DNA of 64,000 nucleotides from assembly GCF_022045235.1 (NCBI RefSeq), contig NW_027266269.1, positions 6,386,001 to 6,450,000 on the forward strand, written 5' to 3'. Within the stretch, counting starts at the first letter, position 1. Each line of letters starts with the position of its first letter. Of this stretch, positions 38,048 through 50,584 are shown one piece after another. The stretch comes from Haliotis cracherodii (taxonomy: Eukaryota). Below the pieces are notes generated by a model that saw nothing but the letters and a program-made list of their open reading frames with translations, did no database searches and was not told where the DNA came from. The translations under genes and the position numbers were made by a program.

Positions 38048-38559
38048 GTAAGTGACTTTCACTTTCTAATAATTATGTAGAATCTAAATAATAAAACGGA
38101 AAGAATAGAGATAGGCTAGGGGAGATGGGTATATCATGTAGCCAGACCACGGATGTTTACAAATTAGGGTCCTGGGAAAAAACGGACCAGGGGATCGTGA
38201 AGCATGTCTGCCGAATCTGACAACAACATAGGCAAAATGGTAGACAGGCCGCCAAAACAGAGGTCACAAGATCGCCAAAAAATGTTTCTCGCTTGTAAAA
38301 ACTCCATCAGGCAGTAGACACCCGTGTCGGCACACAATCGGACCCTATCATCAGGAAGCTCATAATCGTTTGTTCATTTGATCAAGGCTTTGTGTACATC
38401 ACACGACCCTGTCGGAATTCCGGGTTAAAATAGGTCTCCAGCTTGTTGGATCGGGTGGTCAGGCATGATGACTAGGTTGATGGTGTGACATTGTTCAATC
38501 TCATAATTCTATCTAACTTTTTTCTTTGTTTTCTGTGATAACAACTGGTTCTTCAGGAG

Positions 38560-40160
38560 GATTCTAAGACGAAGTCTGAGTCTGCCTAAACACTATCGGG
38601 TGGTGATGCAGACTGACCGTCAGATATACCGATGTTAGAGATAGACGCAGAAGTGACCCATGTCGGTTTGACACTGAACAGATGAAGTGGTTTTAACAGG
38701 CTTTGCCACAGCAGCAGAGTAGTTCATAGTTGAAGGAGATCTTGACTGACTGACAAGCTTCCTAGCATCTGCAAAAGATGGGTTTTTTTTACAAATTGGT
38801 TTCAGAATTTGCGTTTCTGGTTGATACACTGGGCAGGATTTGGAAGAGGCCATGTGGGCCTCACAGTTGCTACACTTTAGATCTCGACTACAGTCTGTAC
38901 TGTCATGGTTGCCAGCACAACGACTACAAATGATAGAGAGTGTACAAGTTTTTGAACCATGTCCAGACTTTTGAAACTTATAGCACCAAAGTGGATTGGG
39001 GACATACACCTCCACTCCGATGTTGACATAACCAGCTCTAGTTGAGGTCGGAACCGTTTGACGGTCCAAAGTGAACAGATATGTGTCCGTGTTAACGATT
39101 TTTTTACTTTTCATCCTTTTGGGTGAAACGTTTGACTGACTGCACTCCTTGAATTTGAAGTTCTGAAACAATTTCAGCTTCTGATATATCCCCCATTGAA
39201 CGTGTCCTGTCACGGACAATACCACGACAAGAGTTGAGAGTCCGGTGAGCAGAATCAACAACCTTCACATTAGCAAACTGGGTGATTGATAATAAATTGA
39301 AAGATAGCTGCTTTCGCACACATTCTACCAAAAGAGATCCACTGCTCTGCCGTGTCACGTATTTTTACATCCCCGCAATAGCCATGGACAGCTTTAGATA
39401 TAGCGAAAGGGTTCAATTTGATGGGTTCATGATCTGCAGCTTCAATCACAAGGAATTGAGCCCAGCAATCAACATGTGTTTCAGTCTCATCAGACGAACT
39501 TGTATCTAAATGTCTTCGTTTAGAACCAGAGTGATTTTGAGCCATGGTGAAAGAAAATATTTCAACAACCCTGCTCCGCACCCACCATGGAGTGTCAACA
39601 AGGACAGTGTTAAATTCATCGGATGTCCATGATGTAAATACCAGGGATACGGGGCTGTTATACGCCAGTGAATATGACACAAATAGCAATATTTGTATAC
39701 CAAATTAAATGCCCTACTGGTTCTGGCCATGACAAGAAAATGGATACATATTGAATTTGGAGGTCAACAACACCAGATTGGCCCATGAGCCACCGCCTTC
39801 TGGCTTTGGACACAAGGCAAAAATTTATATCATAACATTTTCATGAACAACATTCAAATACAGCAATCAACTAATGCAGAAGAATTTCAACATGAATGTT
39901 TTCCATACACCGGCCATGGCGTGACCAGCCGATTGATAGAACCGGGCCCATTCTACCACCCGTCTAGGTGAAGTCAAGGTCAAAGTGGTGTGTTGGGCAA
40001 AAGGAACACTGTTCCTGGTTCCAGTGCCCTCAACCAACAGACTCCCTTCCTCCACCGATGCGGGCGCAACCCAAGGCAAACAAGTTGCCCAATTTTGTCG
40101 CCTCTTACAACAATCAATGAGGTGCTGAGGACACATTCTTCCCCGGGTCCACACGGGGGA
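38560..40160 (-). mobile_element. Nimb/I-clade LINE 5' half (5' UTR plus frameshifted gag-like ORF1)
   Basis: ORFs 39270-39689, 39104-39358 and 38635-39261 join into FLVIE..LNPFAISKA..SGSLLVEC..HRTLNSCRGIV..YVPNPLWCYKFQKSGHGSKTC with three CCHC-type knuckles. Confidence 0.9.
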
Positions 40161-41666
40161 GGCTGTTCTGACATGACCAGTAATGGGATGTCCTCCGATC
40201 TTTGTTTAGCGGCAGCGAGAACTTAGATCTGATTTTAATGAGATTGGACATTGTTTAGTTTGTTGTCTAACGCCTCACTCAGCACTAGTCAAGCTATATA
40301 ACGGCAGTCTGTATGTAGTCGAGTATAAATACAAGCAGAGCATCGTCCATCATATCAAGATTTGTTTCTTAATTTTGCTATTAAGAAAGTATGATATGCA
40401 ACAAAATATATGTGAGTGAGCTAAACTTTAACGCCACATCGGCAATGTCGTAATCTGAATAAATTATACATTAATGATAAATACACTTAGACTGTGTTAA
40501 ACGTGTCGCCGATGGATTATATTATCATATCTTTTCAAACGATTGTTAGACAGTACTAAAATGGACTATATCGCCAGCAGCCAAAGGCAGGTCACCATTA
40601 TATAAAGACAAATGCAAAATGAATGTAGGAGATGTTAGTAAAACTGCATTGATAATGTGATTTCCACTTGTCGAATGTGAGAGAAACATTGCAATAACTA
40701 TAATGCATTGGTTAATGAATGTGGTCGACGAGGTACATAATTAGCAAAATACTCACTGATTTACGTCTTTAGTAGAGTAGAGTAAAAAGAAATTTGCAAC
40801 CTGATTTGTGGAAGTGATAACTTTGACGCTGCTTGGTGTGTAGCAAATCTATTTATTACCGTCAGAAATGAAAGCTTTTGGAACACGTTTCAATTGTTGA
40901 ATATGGTCAGTAGGAATACAAAGAGACATAGCAGTGAAATGAAGTAAAAGGGGTCCCTACAGGAAAGGTACAGAAAACACAAGTCTGCTCAGGGCGATGG
41001 TTAGACCTGCAGCCTGTAGTCGGCAGCCTACAGTCCTCTCTGGTGCAAGTGGGGATTCTTTGCCATCTGTGATATTCTTTGCCATCTGTGATACCTGCTG
41101 ATAGCGGTCTCTGAGAAGAGACACAGCGATGAAGGGCCCTGAGCAGGGTGTGGTATTTTGTTGTTGTCCGGATCTGGAACTGTCGAGAACGCTGTTAGTT
41201 TGTCGTTATCTTACTGATATGGTCGCAGTTAAGTCGCCTGGAAAATCATGAGCTGACAATCCTGTTTGCAAGATCCCTTTTGCCCGCCCCCATTCACCTG
41301 CGGTCAAACTATGCATTGTTTCTCCATTGACAGTAGAGCAGCCTGTCTGACTGAAAGACATACTGATTCAGAACCATTTTGAACGTATCTTATTCTTGAA
41401 TTCCTGCACAATGTATTGGTGTCAAATGTCATACTGCCAGATACCAATGTAGAACAGGTCGCCTACAATCATTTCCACTTGCATGGTGCATTAAAACATC
41501 TTTGGTACGTTATGGTTACTTTAGACAACATAATGCATACGGAGACTTTCTTTTGCCTTTCAGTATTGTTAACTTTCGACGAGGATGGTTCATGTCACAC
41601 AGAATATACAATGGGTTTAGATGAAGAATTCATGTGTTAAAAATTTAGTAGTGTAATTTTTTTCAG

Positions 41667-41924
41667 GGATTGCAGCTGCTCGAAGAACCTTGGCATCAGC
41701 TGTTGTAAACCGCAGTGCAAAGATAGGGGATGAAGAAAGACGCAACAGACTGTTGGACCTTGTTTGTTTGAACTTCAAAACGTTGGAGAAACAATTGGAA
41801 AACTTCCTGAGTCGTGCTGAAGCTAAATCGCAGGTAGCAGAACTTGAATCATTAACTACATCTCTAAAAGACAGAATGACGGAGATTGTCAGTGTAAACG
41901 AGCAACAGGCGTATCACATGCAGA
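41667..41924 (+). CDS. Copy B helical/coiled-coil exon
   Basis: tttttcag| acceptor phase 1 and |gtaagt donor; ORF 41690-41953; paralog of 3328-3591. Confidence 0.85.
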
Positions 41925-42269
41925 GTAAGTATATGTTTACAGATGTTGATTGATGAGTCAATTCAATTCAATCTGTGTCTTATTACGCATTACGTAATGC
42001 GTTTGACATATTTAGGCAGCCATTTACTGCTCTTTGGCATATTTATGCTTAGAAACTGGTTGATATAAGGAGGCTTTATGTTGCGGTCATCTGTCACTCG
42101 TTCATTTGTCTATGAAGTATAAACATGTTCATTGTCGCTTCAGGCATTGTAGTAAATTTAAAAAAAAGGTTAAAAACACATTACATGATGAAATTGCCAA
42201 GACATTAGATCTCAACAGGGAAATTCTGTCAACATCAGTCTATTCTTTACGCATCTATCATTTTGACAG

Positions 42270-42327
42270 CACCATGTGTTGCAGCTCATGTGCCTAGGTC
42301 ACTGACAACGAAGACTGGGAAGACACA
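42270..42327 (+). CDS. Copy B short exon
   Basis: ttttgacag| acceptor and |gtaggt donor; 58 nt, phase 1->2, open; joins the terminal exon in frame. Confidence 0.7.
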
Positions 42328-42367
42328 GTAGGTATACATTTTACTTTAGGTATATTACCAGTCAGTG

Positions 42368-42576
42368 AGACCCGTGAGGATCCGGGTTAGAACAGTTCTT
42401 CAACAACCCATGCTTACCGTAAGAGGCAACTATGCTTGTCGTAAAAGGCGACTAACGGGATTGGGTTGTCAGGCTCGGTGACTTGGTTGATCCATGTCAT
42501 CATATACCAATTGCGTAGATTGATGCTCATGACGTCAGATTCAGTTTAAGTCTGCACTCAGCAAACAAGCAAACAA
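42368..42576 (+). mobile_element. SINE family A, internally deleted
   Basis: GACCCGTGAGGATCCGGG head; short AGTGAG duplication at the flanks. Confidence 0.8.
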
Positions 42577-43364
42577 GTGAGTTATCTGAACTGACCCGAT
42601 ACTAGGTAAGTCCGTAAACGTATATATTTAATGAAAATGGTCAATCATTTTTTTATTCGAAATGTCTACATCCAGAACACTTTTTGTTCAGCACTTTTCC
42701 TCAATATTGTTATTTATCTAAAACCCTACTTATGTTGCTACTAGTGAACCTATAACATTACTTAGCAATCAATAATCTGGCTGGGCATTCATAAATCACT
42801 CTAATTATCATACAGTAAAATATAATGCTATGATACACCTTTAGGGCATTGAAGATTTTTAGTATTACTGTTTAAAGTTCAGGATCACAGCCAGAATAAT
42901 TCCACCCTTATGTTCAAGCATGAAAGTTCATGTAGCTATCCTTTTTCACATTAGTGCTATTGGGTTTTCCCTCTCAAAGTGAACTCGGCTTCAAAAGAGG
43001 CTATTACCAAAATGTAACACAAAACAATTTAACTTCTGTACTTCATCCCGATTGCACTTGAACTAACCCGAATACCGTGGGTAATGCAATGGAGTGGTTA
43101 AGATAAGGAGAAAGAGGAAAGCTTCTTTGTTAAGTATTTTCACTTCATACAATGTGGCCATACACATGTAATTGCAATGCCTTTGCTCTCGATGATAAAT
43201 AGTTGTTGAAAGTTATTCCTAAAACTGGTATTCAAGAAAATAAATATGCAATAAATTGATGTATGTGTTTGTTTCTTCATGATGCACGTATGAATGATCC
43301 AATGATGTGGCATCAATTAAATTGCCTAGAATGAGTAAAATGTTTTTTTTTGCCTCTGCTGTAG

Positions 43365-45858
43365 CTTTGAAGATGGTACAGTGCAATATGATTCTGACAT
43401 CGATTTTGGGGCACCACAACGCAGTAATGAAGTGTTTCTGGAGGAAATAAAAGAAACACGGAAAGAGCAAGATCCTGCTGAAGATTTGGATCATATGATA
43501 CCTCGGCACAACACAGATCTGGAAGAGGCAACGGGCAAATCATCTGCTCAACAAAGTAAGCAAACTTTGAATGAGTCAGATAATACTATATTTGGTGTAC
43601 ATAATAACAATTACATCAATAGATGGCTGAGTATGCACAGTTTACCAGTTAACAGTAGAGACCTGGAAAAAGGTTCACGCATCACGAAAGAAGACTCCCA
43701 AACACCCGGCAGAGATCCAACCTTTTCAAATACGTTAGAACATACTGCTTCAGACTCAAACCAAAACGGAATGGCTGCGAATTATCGGGTCGCCCAGCAT
43801 CAAGACGAACAACAGGCAAGTAGACAACAACCCTGTCTTCGACAACCAAGAAAACATTCAAAGACCACGCCCCAAAGGGAACAAAGGTACACAGGAGAAA
43901 AACCATTCCCTCAACAAAGCAAACATCCCACAACACAGATGGTAACAAGACCCACTACAGGCCGTCCCTCTTCTCAGGACATTGCACTTACTAGGGTTAG
44001 TTCAGACACCACACGCCAAGATCAACGTCTGTTTGGTTTAGAACAACCATTCCCTCAACAAAGCAGAAATCCCCCCAAACGGAATGAAACAACTCCCACT
44101 ACAGGCCGACCCTCTTCTCAGGACATTGCACTTACAAGGGCTAGTTCAGACACCACACACCATGATCAACGTCTGACTGGTTTAGAACAACCATTCCATC
44201 AACAAAGCAGAAATCCTACAACACAGAAGGAGACAAGATCCACTACAGGCCGACCCTCTTCTCAGGACATTGCACTTACTAGGGCTAGTTCAGACACCAC
44301 ACGCCAAGATCAACGTCTGACTGGTTTAGAACAACCATTCCATCAACAAAGCAGAAATCCTGCCTCACAGAAGGAAACAAGATCCACTACAGGCCGACCC
44401 TCTTCTCAGGACATTGCACTTACTAGGGCTAGTTCAGACACCACACGCCAAGATCAACGCCTGACTGGTTTAGAACAACCATTCCCTCAACAAAGCAGAA
44501 ATCCTGCCACACAGAAGGAAACAAGATCCACTACAGGCCGACCCTCTTCTCAGGACATTGCACTTACTAGGGCTAGTTCAGACACCACACGCCAAGATCA
44601 ACGCCTGACTGGTTTAGAACAACCATTCACTCAACAAAGCAGAAATCCTACAACACAGAAGGAAACAACTCCCACTACAGACCGACCCTCTTCTCAGGAC
44701 ATTGCACTTACTAGGGCTAGTTCAGACACCACACACCATGATCAACGTCTGACTGGTTTAGAACAACCATTCCCTCAACAAAGCAGAAATCCTGCCTCAC
44801 AGAAGGAAACAAGATCCACTACAGGCCGACCCTCTTCTCGGAGAAATCCACTTACAAGGGCTAGTTCAGACACCACACACCATGATCAACGTCTGTTTGA
44901 TTTAGAACAACCATTCCCTCAACAAAGCAGAAATCCTACAACACAGAAGGAAACAAGATCCACTACAGGCCGACCCTCTTCTCAGGACATTGCACTTACA
45001 AGGGCTAGTTCAGACACCACACACCATGATCAACGTCTGTTTGATTCAGAACAACCATTCCCTCAACAAAGCAGAAATCCTACAACACAGAAGGAAACAA
45101 GACCCCCTACAGACCGACCCTCTTCTCGGAGAAATCCACTTACTCGGGGTAGTTCAGACACCACACACCAAGATGAACGTCTGACTGGTTTAGAACAACC
45201 ATTCCCTCAACAAAGCAGAAATCCTACAACACAGAAGGAAACAAGACCCACTACAGGCCGACCCTCTTCTCAGGACATTGCACTTACTAGGGCTAGTTCA
45301 GACACCACACACCATGATCAACGTCTGACTGGTTTAGAACAACCATTCACTCAACAAAGCAGAAATCCTGCCTCACAGAAGGAAACAAGATCCACTACAG
45401 GCCGACCCTCTTCTCGGAGAAATCCACTTACAAGGGCTAGTTCAGACACCACACACCATGATCAACGTCTGTTTGATTTAGAACAACCATTCCCTCAACA
45501 AAGCATTCCTGGTAAAGGTTCACATTTGGAACCAACATCAAAACATGGTTTTCATCAAAGGGGTGAATTACGCTTCACTTATCATGGGACACCAAGAGAC
45601 AGAAGATCACTGCAATCAAATTATGATCACATGTTTAAGTCTACTGACGTCACAACACACTTATCAAGAGCCAAAAGCCAACTCAACATAAACAAGGCAC
45701 CCATTGACAAGGACATCGTCACAGATAAAGTTGTCAAAGCGCCAAAAGTCACTTTGATATCAGTAAGGCCGCTGAGGGACAGAAGGGAAAACCTCCGAAT
45801 AATTCCCAAATACATTGTGAAAAGAAGGAGTATAGCTTTGACGGATACTAATAATTGA
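43365..45858 (+). CDS. Copy B terminal exon: ~830-aa Ser/Thr/Gln/Arg-rich tail with 48-aa repeats
   Basis: ctgctgtag| acceptor phase 2, in frame with ORF 43381-45858; C-terminus homologous to the copy A terminal exon. Confidence 0.85.
43897..45504 (+). repeat. Coding 144-bp tandem repeat, 11 full units plus a partial unit
   Basis: GAACAACCATTC recurs at 44041, 44761 and 45481 (720 = 5 x 144). Unit EQPFPQQSRNPTTQKETRSTTGRPSSQDIALTRASSDTTHHDQRLTGL. Confidence 0.97.
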
Positions 45859-45942
45859 CCATATTGGTTAACGTTGTGTAAGAACCAACAAATATGCGGA
45901 TCAAGTGGACAGATTGTGTTGACTGAGTTATACCCTACCCTG

Positions 45943-46171
45943 CAGTCTGCAAAATAATCGAGTCTGGACCAGACAATCCAGTGATTGATATCATGGGCAT
46001 CGATCCACGCAATTGGGATCGATGACATGCATCAATCAAGTCAGCGAGCCTGAACCCCCTATCCCGTTAGTCGTCTGTTACGACAAGCATAGTCGCCTTT
46101 TACGGCAAGCATAGTCACCTTTTAAGGAAAGCATGGGTTGCTGAAGACCTATTCTACTCCGGATCTTCACG
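45943..46171 (-). mobile_element. SINE family A just downstream of the copy B stop codon
   Basis: Matches the family A consensus on the minus strand, with an extra CAAGCATAGTC.CCTTTTA module. Confidence 0.85.
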
Positions 46172-48865
46172 TGTTTACAACGATGTCGTATTGACCATAG
46201 TAGATATACCCACGAATATTTAATGAATAGTGAGGATCCTCAATTTTGTATCCCTTGTATGTCCTGCTTGACTGTTGATTTTTCCCTCACAAGGAATAAA
46301 TATTCCTGACCTCAGACACACCAATAGAAGATCCTGGTCATCGTCCACGGTCACATAATGCACGTGCAGGCAAAACGTTCTTCGTTTTTAAACTCATCGG
46401 TATTTCAGACAGATAGTCTGCATATCGACAGAACGCATAATGTGTACATTAATTTAATATCATATTATATTCACTGATGCAAAGAGGAAAAAAGAATTCA
46501 AAAAGAGAAACAGGTCGAACTTAACAACCAGTGATATGTACAGCTGAGAATGTTATTCTCTGGCGTTACGTTTTATATTTAGCTATGGTGTATATACCCT
46601 CGGTTAAACACGGCTGGCTGTGTGCCATATGAATGTTAATAGAGCTGAGTACTTTACCATTCTCTAAGATGTCTTCCCCTTTGATACCACTGTACTGATG
46701 AAGCTGAAATATGGCATGCAGCTTCCTTCCTATGAACACATTATCTTGATCAAAACAATGTCATGTTATTGTAATCTATCATAAGGGTTAGTTTTGATAA
46801 ACACTGAGCTTAAATCTTTTGCGATTGTAATGATTATAAGACGATCCAAGTTTGTTCAAGGCACCACTATTTCTACATTGATGTCATAAACGATGGTGCA
46901 AAATTAATCAATGTAGATGTTTGTAATAAGTGTAAATGTGTTATAAAATTCTTATTCATAAGTCAGCTTGCGGGTGAGCTTTACAGACTTGTGGCTCTGT
47001 TTTTCAGCCGTGTGTCACTATTGCGTCATAGAATTGACATATCACTCACACGCGTTGTTGGGCTCAACAAAGATGTTCCGTTTTTTGCAATATTATAAAT
47101 GCTTATCATTATTTACTAAAATCCTAAATGTTCCTTATTTCTCTCAAGACGTATATGTTCAATGTAAATATCATTTCCTCTTCATCCCATTTGATCAATG
47201 AAGCTGAAACTTCACACGCTCCCAATCAACTGTAATACAGCTACTTTTTGTGTATATATATTTACAATGTGCATACAAATTTCCATAAATTATAAGCATA
47301 AAAGAATAGAAAGTTAGAAGTTAAAAGTAAAGTAAACCCTATCGTCCAGCACGGATGGCGCACTGACGTCAGACAATAAAAGGAATAATGTACTCTTAAA
47401 TAATTAAGTGTCACAGCTTGACCTCTCCGTCCTTGGTGACAGTGTCCGTTATTTGTAATTGAGGATTGCTGATTGACGCCCCAAGCGACATGCCACCTGT
47501 CATGCATGTTAAGTCTCAGCTTCATTATAGATAGATAAGCATAAATATCAGTCAGGTAAAATCAATTTATTCATGTCCATTCAAATGAAATTGTATTATA
47601 TTCAATGCTTATATTGTCCAATCGGAATGTTGTACTTATATTGTAAATACATTGACTACTATGTTAAAAATTGTACTGGTAAGAAGAAGAGACATGGCCG
47701 GAGTTGCGGTCGACGCCTACCACTCTCCTTGTAATAAAATACACTACTTACAATTATGTCTTATGTCAGGAGACGACACCCGTCCTCTATATGTTCAAGA
47801 GATTAAAATCCGATTTTCAGTATTGCCGCCATGACCACGAAACCACTTTCGTACAGAATATAAGTTAGTAGTGTTGCTAAGAATATATGTTCATTTTTTG
47901 TGACATTTTACATTTTAAATCTTTTCACTTCGATAATACTGAAACTTGAAACTTGTTATCGCCACTACAGGGTCATTTTTAAAAACAAAATGTTTCTCGG
48001 CGTATGTGTAGTTAGCACTGGAGCTCAAGATACGTAGTATATATTTTTCGAAATTTTAAAGTTACAACTTTTTTTACCATGCTCTGAAATTTCTTGAAAT
48101 TCACATTTTCTCTGAAGGTTCGGTGCCTCGGTTTATAGAGTGCCATCAGATCCCAATTGCGGTAGATTGCTGCTCAAGATGTCAATCTCTGGATTGTCTA
48201 GTTCAGATTCGTTTATTTAAAGACTGCCGTCATATATCTGCATTAAACAATAAACAAACAAATCCTTTGAAATTGCTGAACTTTGGCTTGTATGTTTCTT
48301 CATAAGATCACATCATATTTTCTTCAACTTATGAGATTGTATTGTTACTGTTTTATGCAGAAAATATTTCAATATCAATGCTGAGAACAACTACTTTTTA
48401 CTTGTCTTTATTGATATTTAAAGTTGTTGACTACATATCCAGGTGAGATACAGTGCTGTGTCACTATTGTTTACAGGTTATACATATATATATATATATA
48501 TATTTTAATAAAACATTGTAAATTAAAAGTGTTTTGTTTTATCATTCAACTAGCATATGGGAGCTTGATCAGAGTACATTCCAAGTGGAAATGCCAGCGT
48601 TCTGAACTGGTCCCGGGGCCTGTTCTTGGAAACCAATATAAATAGTATGTAAATATATTGAAAACCAACTGAACCATGTTCGTACAGATGTGATTTTTGC
48701 AACGTAGCACTAAGTCATTTCCAAAACTGGGTTATCTGGTTTTACTATCTTTTGATTTGTCACGGCAAAACCATACCTATTTGTCCTTATTTTTGAATAT
48801 GCGTTTATTTACTGTACTATGTTTCGAAGTTTGGCGTGTGAAGTATGGCGTGTGCCCCAACCTTA

Positions 48866-49088
48866 GAGTGAGTGAGTGAGATGGGCTTTACGCCGATTTT
48901 AACAGTATTCCAGTTATATAACGGCGTGTCAGTGTAATGTGGGGGGAATGTGATGCAGGTCTCAGACGTTAGCCACTTCGGTGAAACCCACGAGCACGGG
49001 TATGGTGCTGACAAACCTAGAAACATAATTGGGACGAACTGGAATTCGAACCCATAATCAAGGGACGCAACTCTGCACAGCGAGTCGC
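48866..49088 (-). mobile_element. SINE family B
   Basis: Aligns to 61348-61600. Confidence 0.8.
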
Positions 49089-49164
49089 ATTTACTTTAGA
49101 GCATTAACCCTCAAACTATTGAATATTGTAGCTTAAAACTATATGTCTGCAAAGCAAAAGTATT

Positions 49165-49285
49165 GTCAGTATATTTTTCTGAGTGGGGTATTCGTGCTGA
49201 ACTGTGGCATTGTATCCCAGTGGGCTAGCACTACAAAATCGGCATCAGTACGGACTAGTACAAGCAGCCATACACACAGACACGG
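49165..49285 (+). mobile_element. Meta-domain-type SINE fragment (family C)
   Basis: CTGAGTGGGGTATTCGTGCTGAACTGTGGC..GTACAAGCAGCCA. Confidence 0.65.
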
Positions 49286-49836
49286 GCATGCAATACTCCC
49301 CATCTTAACTCACCTCGACTGCAATGCTGCTTCATGAGAATCAGAATCTGTACATGAATGTTTTTGGTTTTTTTGTATTTGCAAACACATCATAGTAACA
49401 ACTTGAACTAATGCATCAAAAAAGGAGGGGTGGGCATCTGTATTTATAAGTAAAAACACATTCTAGTTTCTATTTCTTATTATTGTGATTTGTTTGTAGT
49501 CCTCAATATTTATGCAGACTATTGTTTAACAAACATGCTGAAAGCACTTTTAGACATTTAAACTGTTGACAACATACCCCCGGAGCCATAGAACATAGAG
49601 ACTGGAGGAATGCAGACACACATTATCAGTTCGCTCCTAATGGCGCTGGACTTGCCGACACACACATTATTTCCTGCCTTTGTGGTATCTGCACAGAAAC
49701 AGCAGAATTGTTTGTATTTTATTTGTAATAGACTGCTCAGTATGGGATATAGAAAGCGGTATTGAATGATCAGTCAAAGAGGTCGGGCCTTTCATAGCAT
49801 TAATGCTTGTGCACATACAGTGTCAGAAGTCTTTTC

Positions 49837-50105
49837 GACCCGTGAAGATCCGGGGTAGAATAGGTCTTCAGCAACCCATGCTTGCCATAAACGTTGACTA
49901 TGCTTGTCGTAAGAGGCGACTAACGGGATTGGATGGTCAGGCTCGCCTACTTGGTTGATGCAGGTCATCGATCCCAATTGCGTGTATCGATGCTCATGAT
50001 ATCAATCACTGGGTTGTCGGGTCCAGATTCGATTATTTTACAGACCGCCGTCATATAGCTGGAATATTGCTGTGTGCGGCGTTAAACAACACACAAACAA
50101 CCAAC
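49837..50105 (+). mobile_element. SINE family A, full length with 13-bp TSD
   Basis: TSD CAGAAGTCTTTTC at 49824-49836 and 50106-50118. Confidence 0.92.
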
Positions 50106-50584
50106 CAGAAGTCTTTTCTCCCGACGTACATTGGCAGTTTCTCACACACCCGGGGATTAATGTGATTAGATACAACTAAGTGCAAACTTGTAGAACACAT
50201 GTATTAATAGCTATTGAAGTTTGTGGGGGTGGGGTGAAAAAACAACAAAGGGTATGAATCACACGAGTTTACAATCGCATTTCCATGAGATATTCACCAC
50301 CAGCAGTGTTTATTCAGCACAAACTGAATATGTGATTTTTTCTTTAATGTTCTATCTGCGTGTGATTTGTGAGCGTTTTAGGGAACTACTTTATTTTAAA
50401 TTGCATCGTATCCTTGCGAGAGTTTCATGAATGGAGAGTGCTGAGGTGATAATCTCGAGACGACAGGCTTACCTTAGTTTCATGTAATGGGGACCTGGCT
50501 GAAAGAACCCCGAGGTACAGAGCACGGTGTCAAGGGAGTCAGTTCGCAACATGCTCCATTTTTGCCGAGGTGCCGACCGTACGT

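Noticed and set aside
40930-41400. GC-richer intronic block with a short tandem duplication (ATTCTTTGCCATCTGTGAT x2)
   Set aside because: No ORF or recognisable family motif; probably an unclassified repeat.
43219-46028. Minus-strand and alternate-frame ORFs overlapping the terminal exon (43219-43509, 43682-43948, 44990-45184, 45627-46028)
   Set aside because: Shadow frames of the real + strand exon or of a SINE; no independent motifs.
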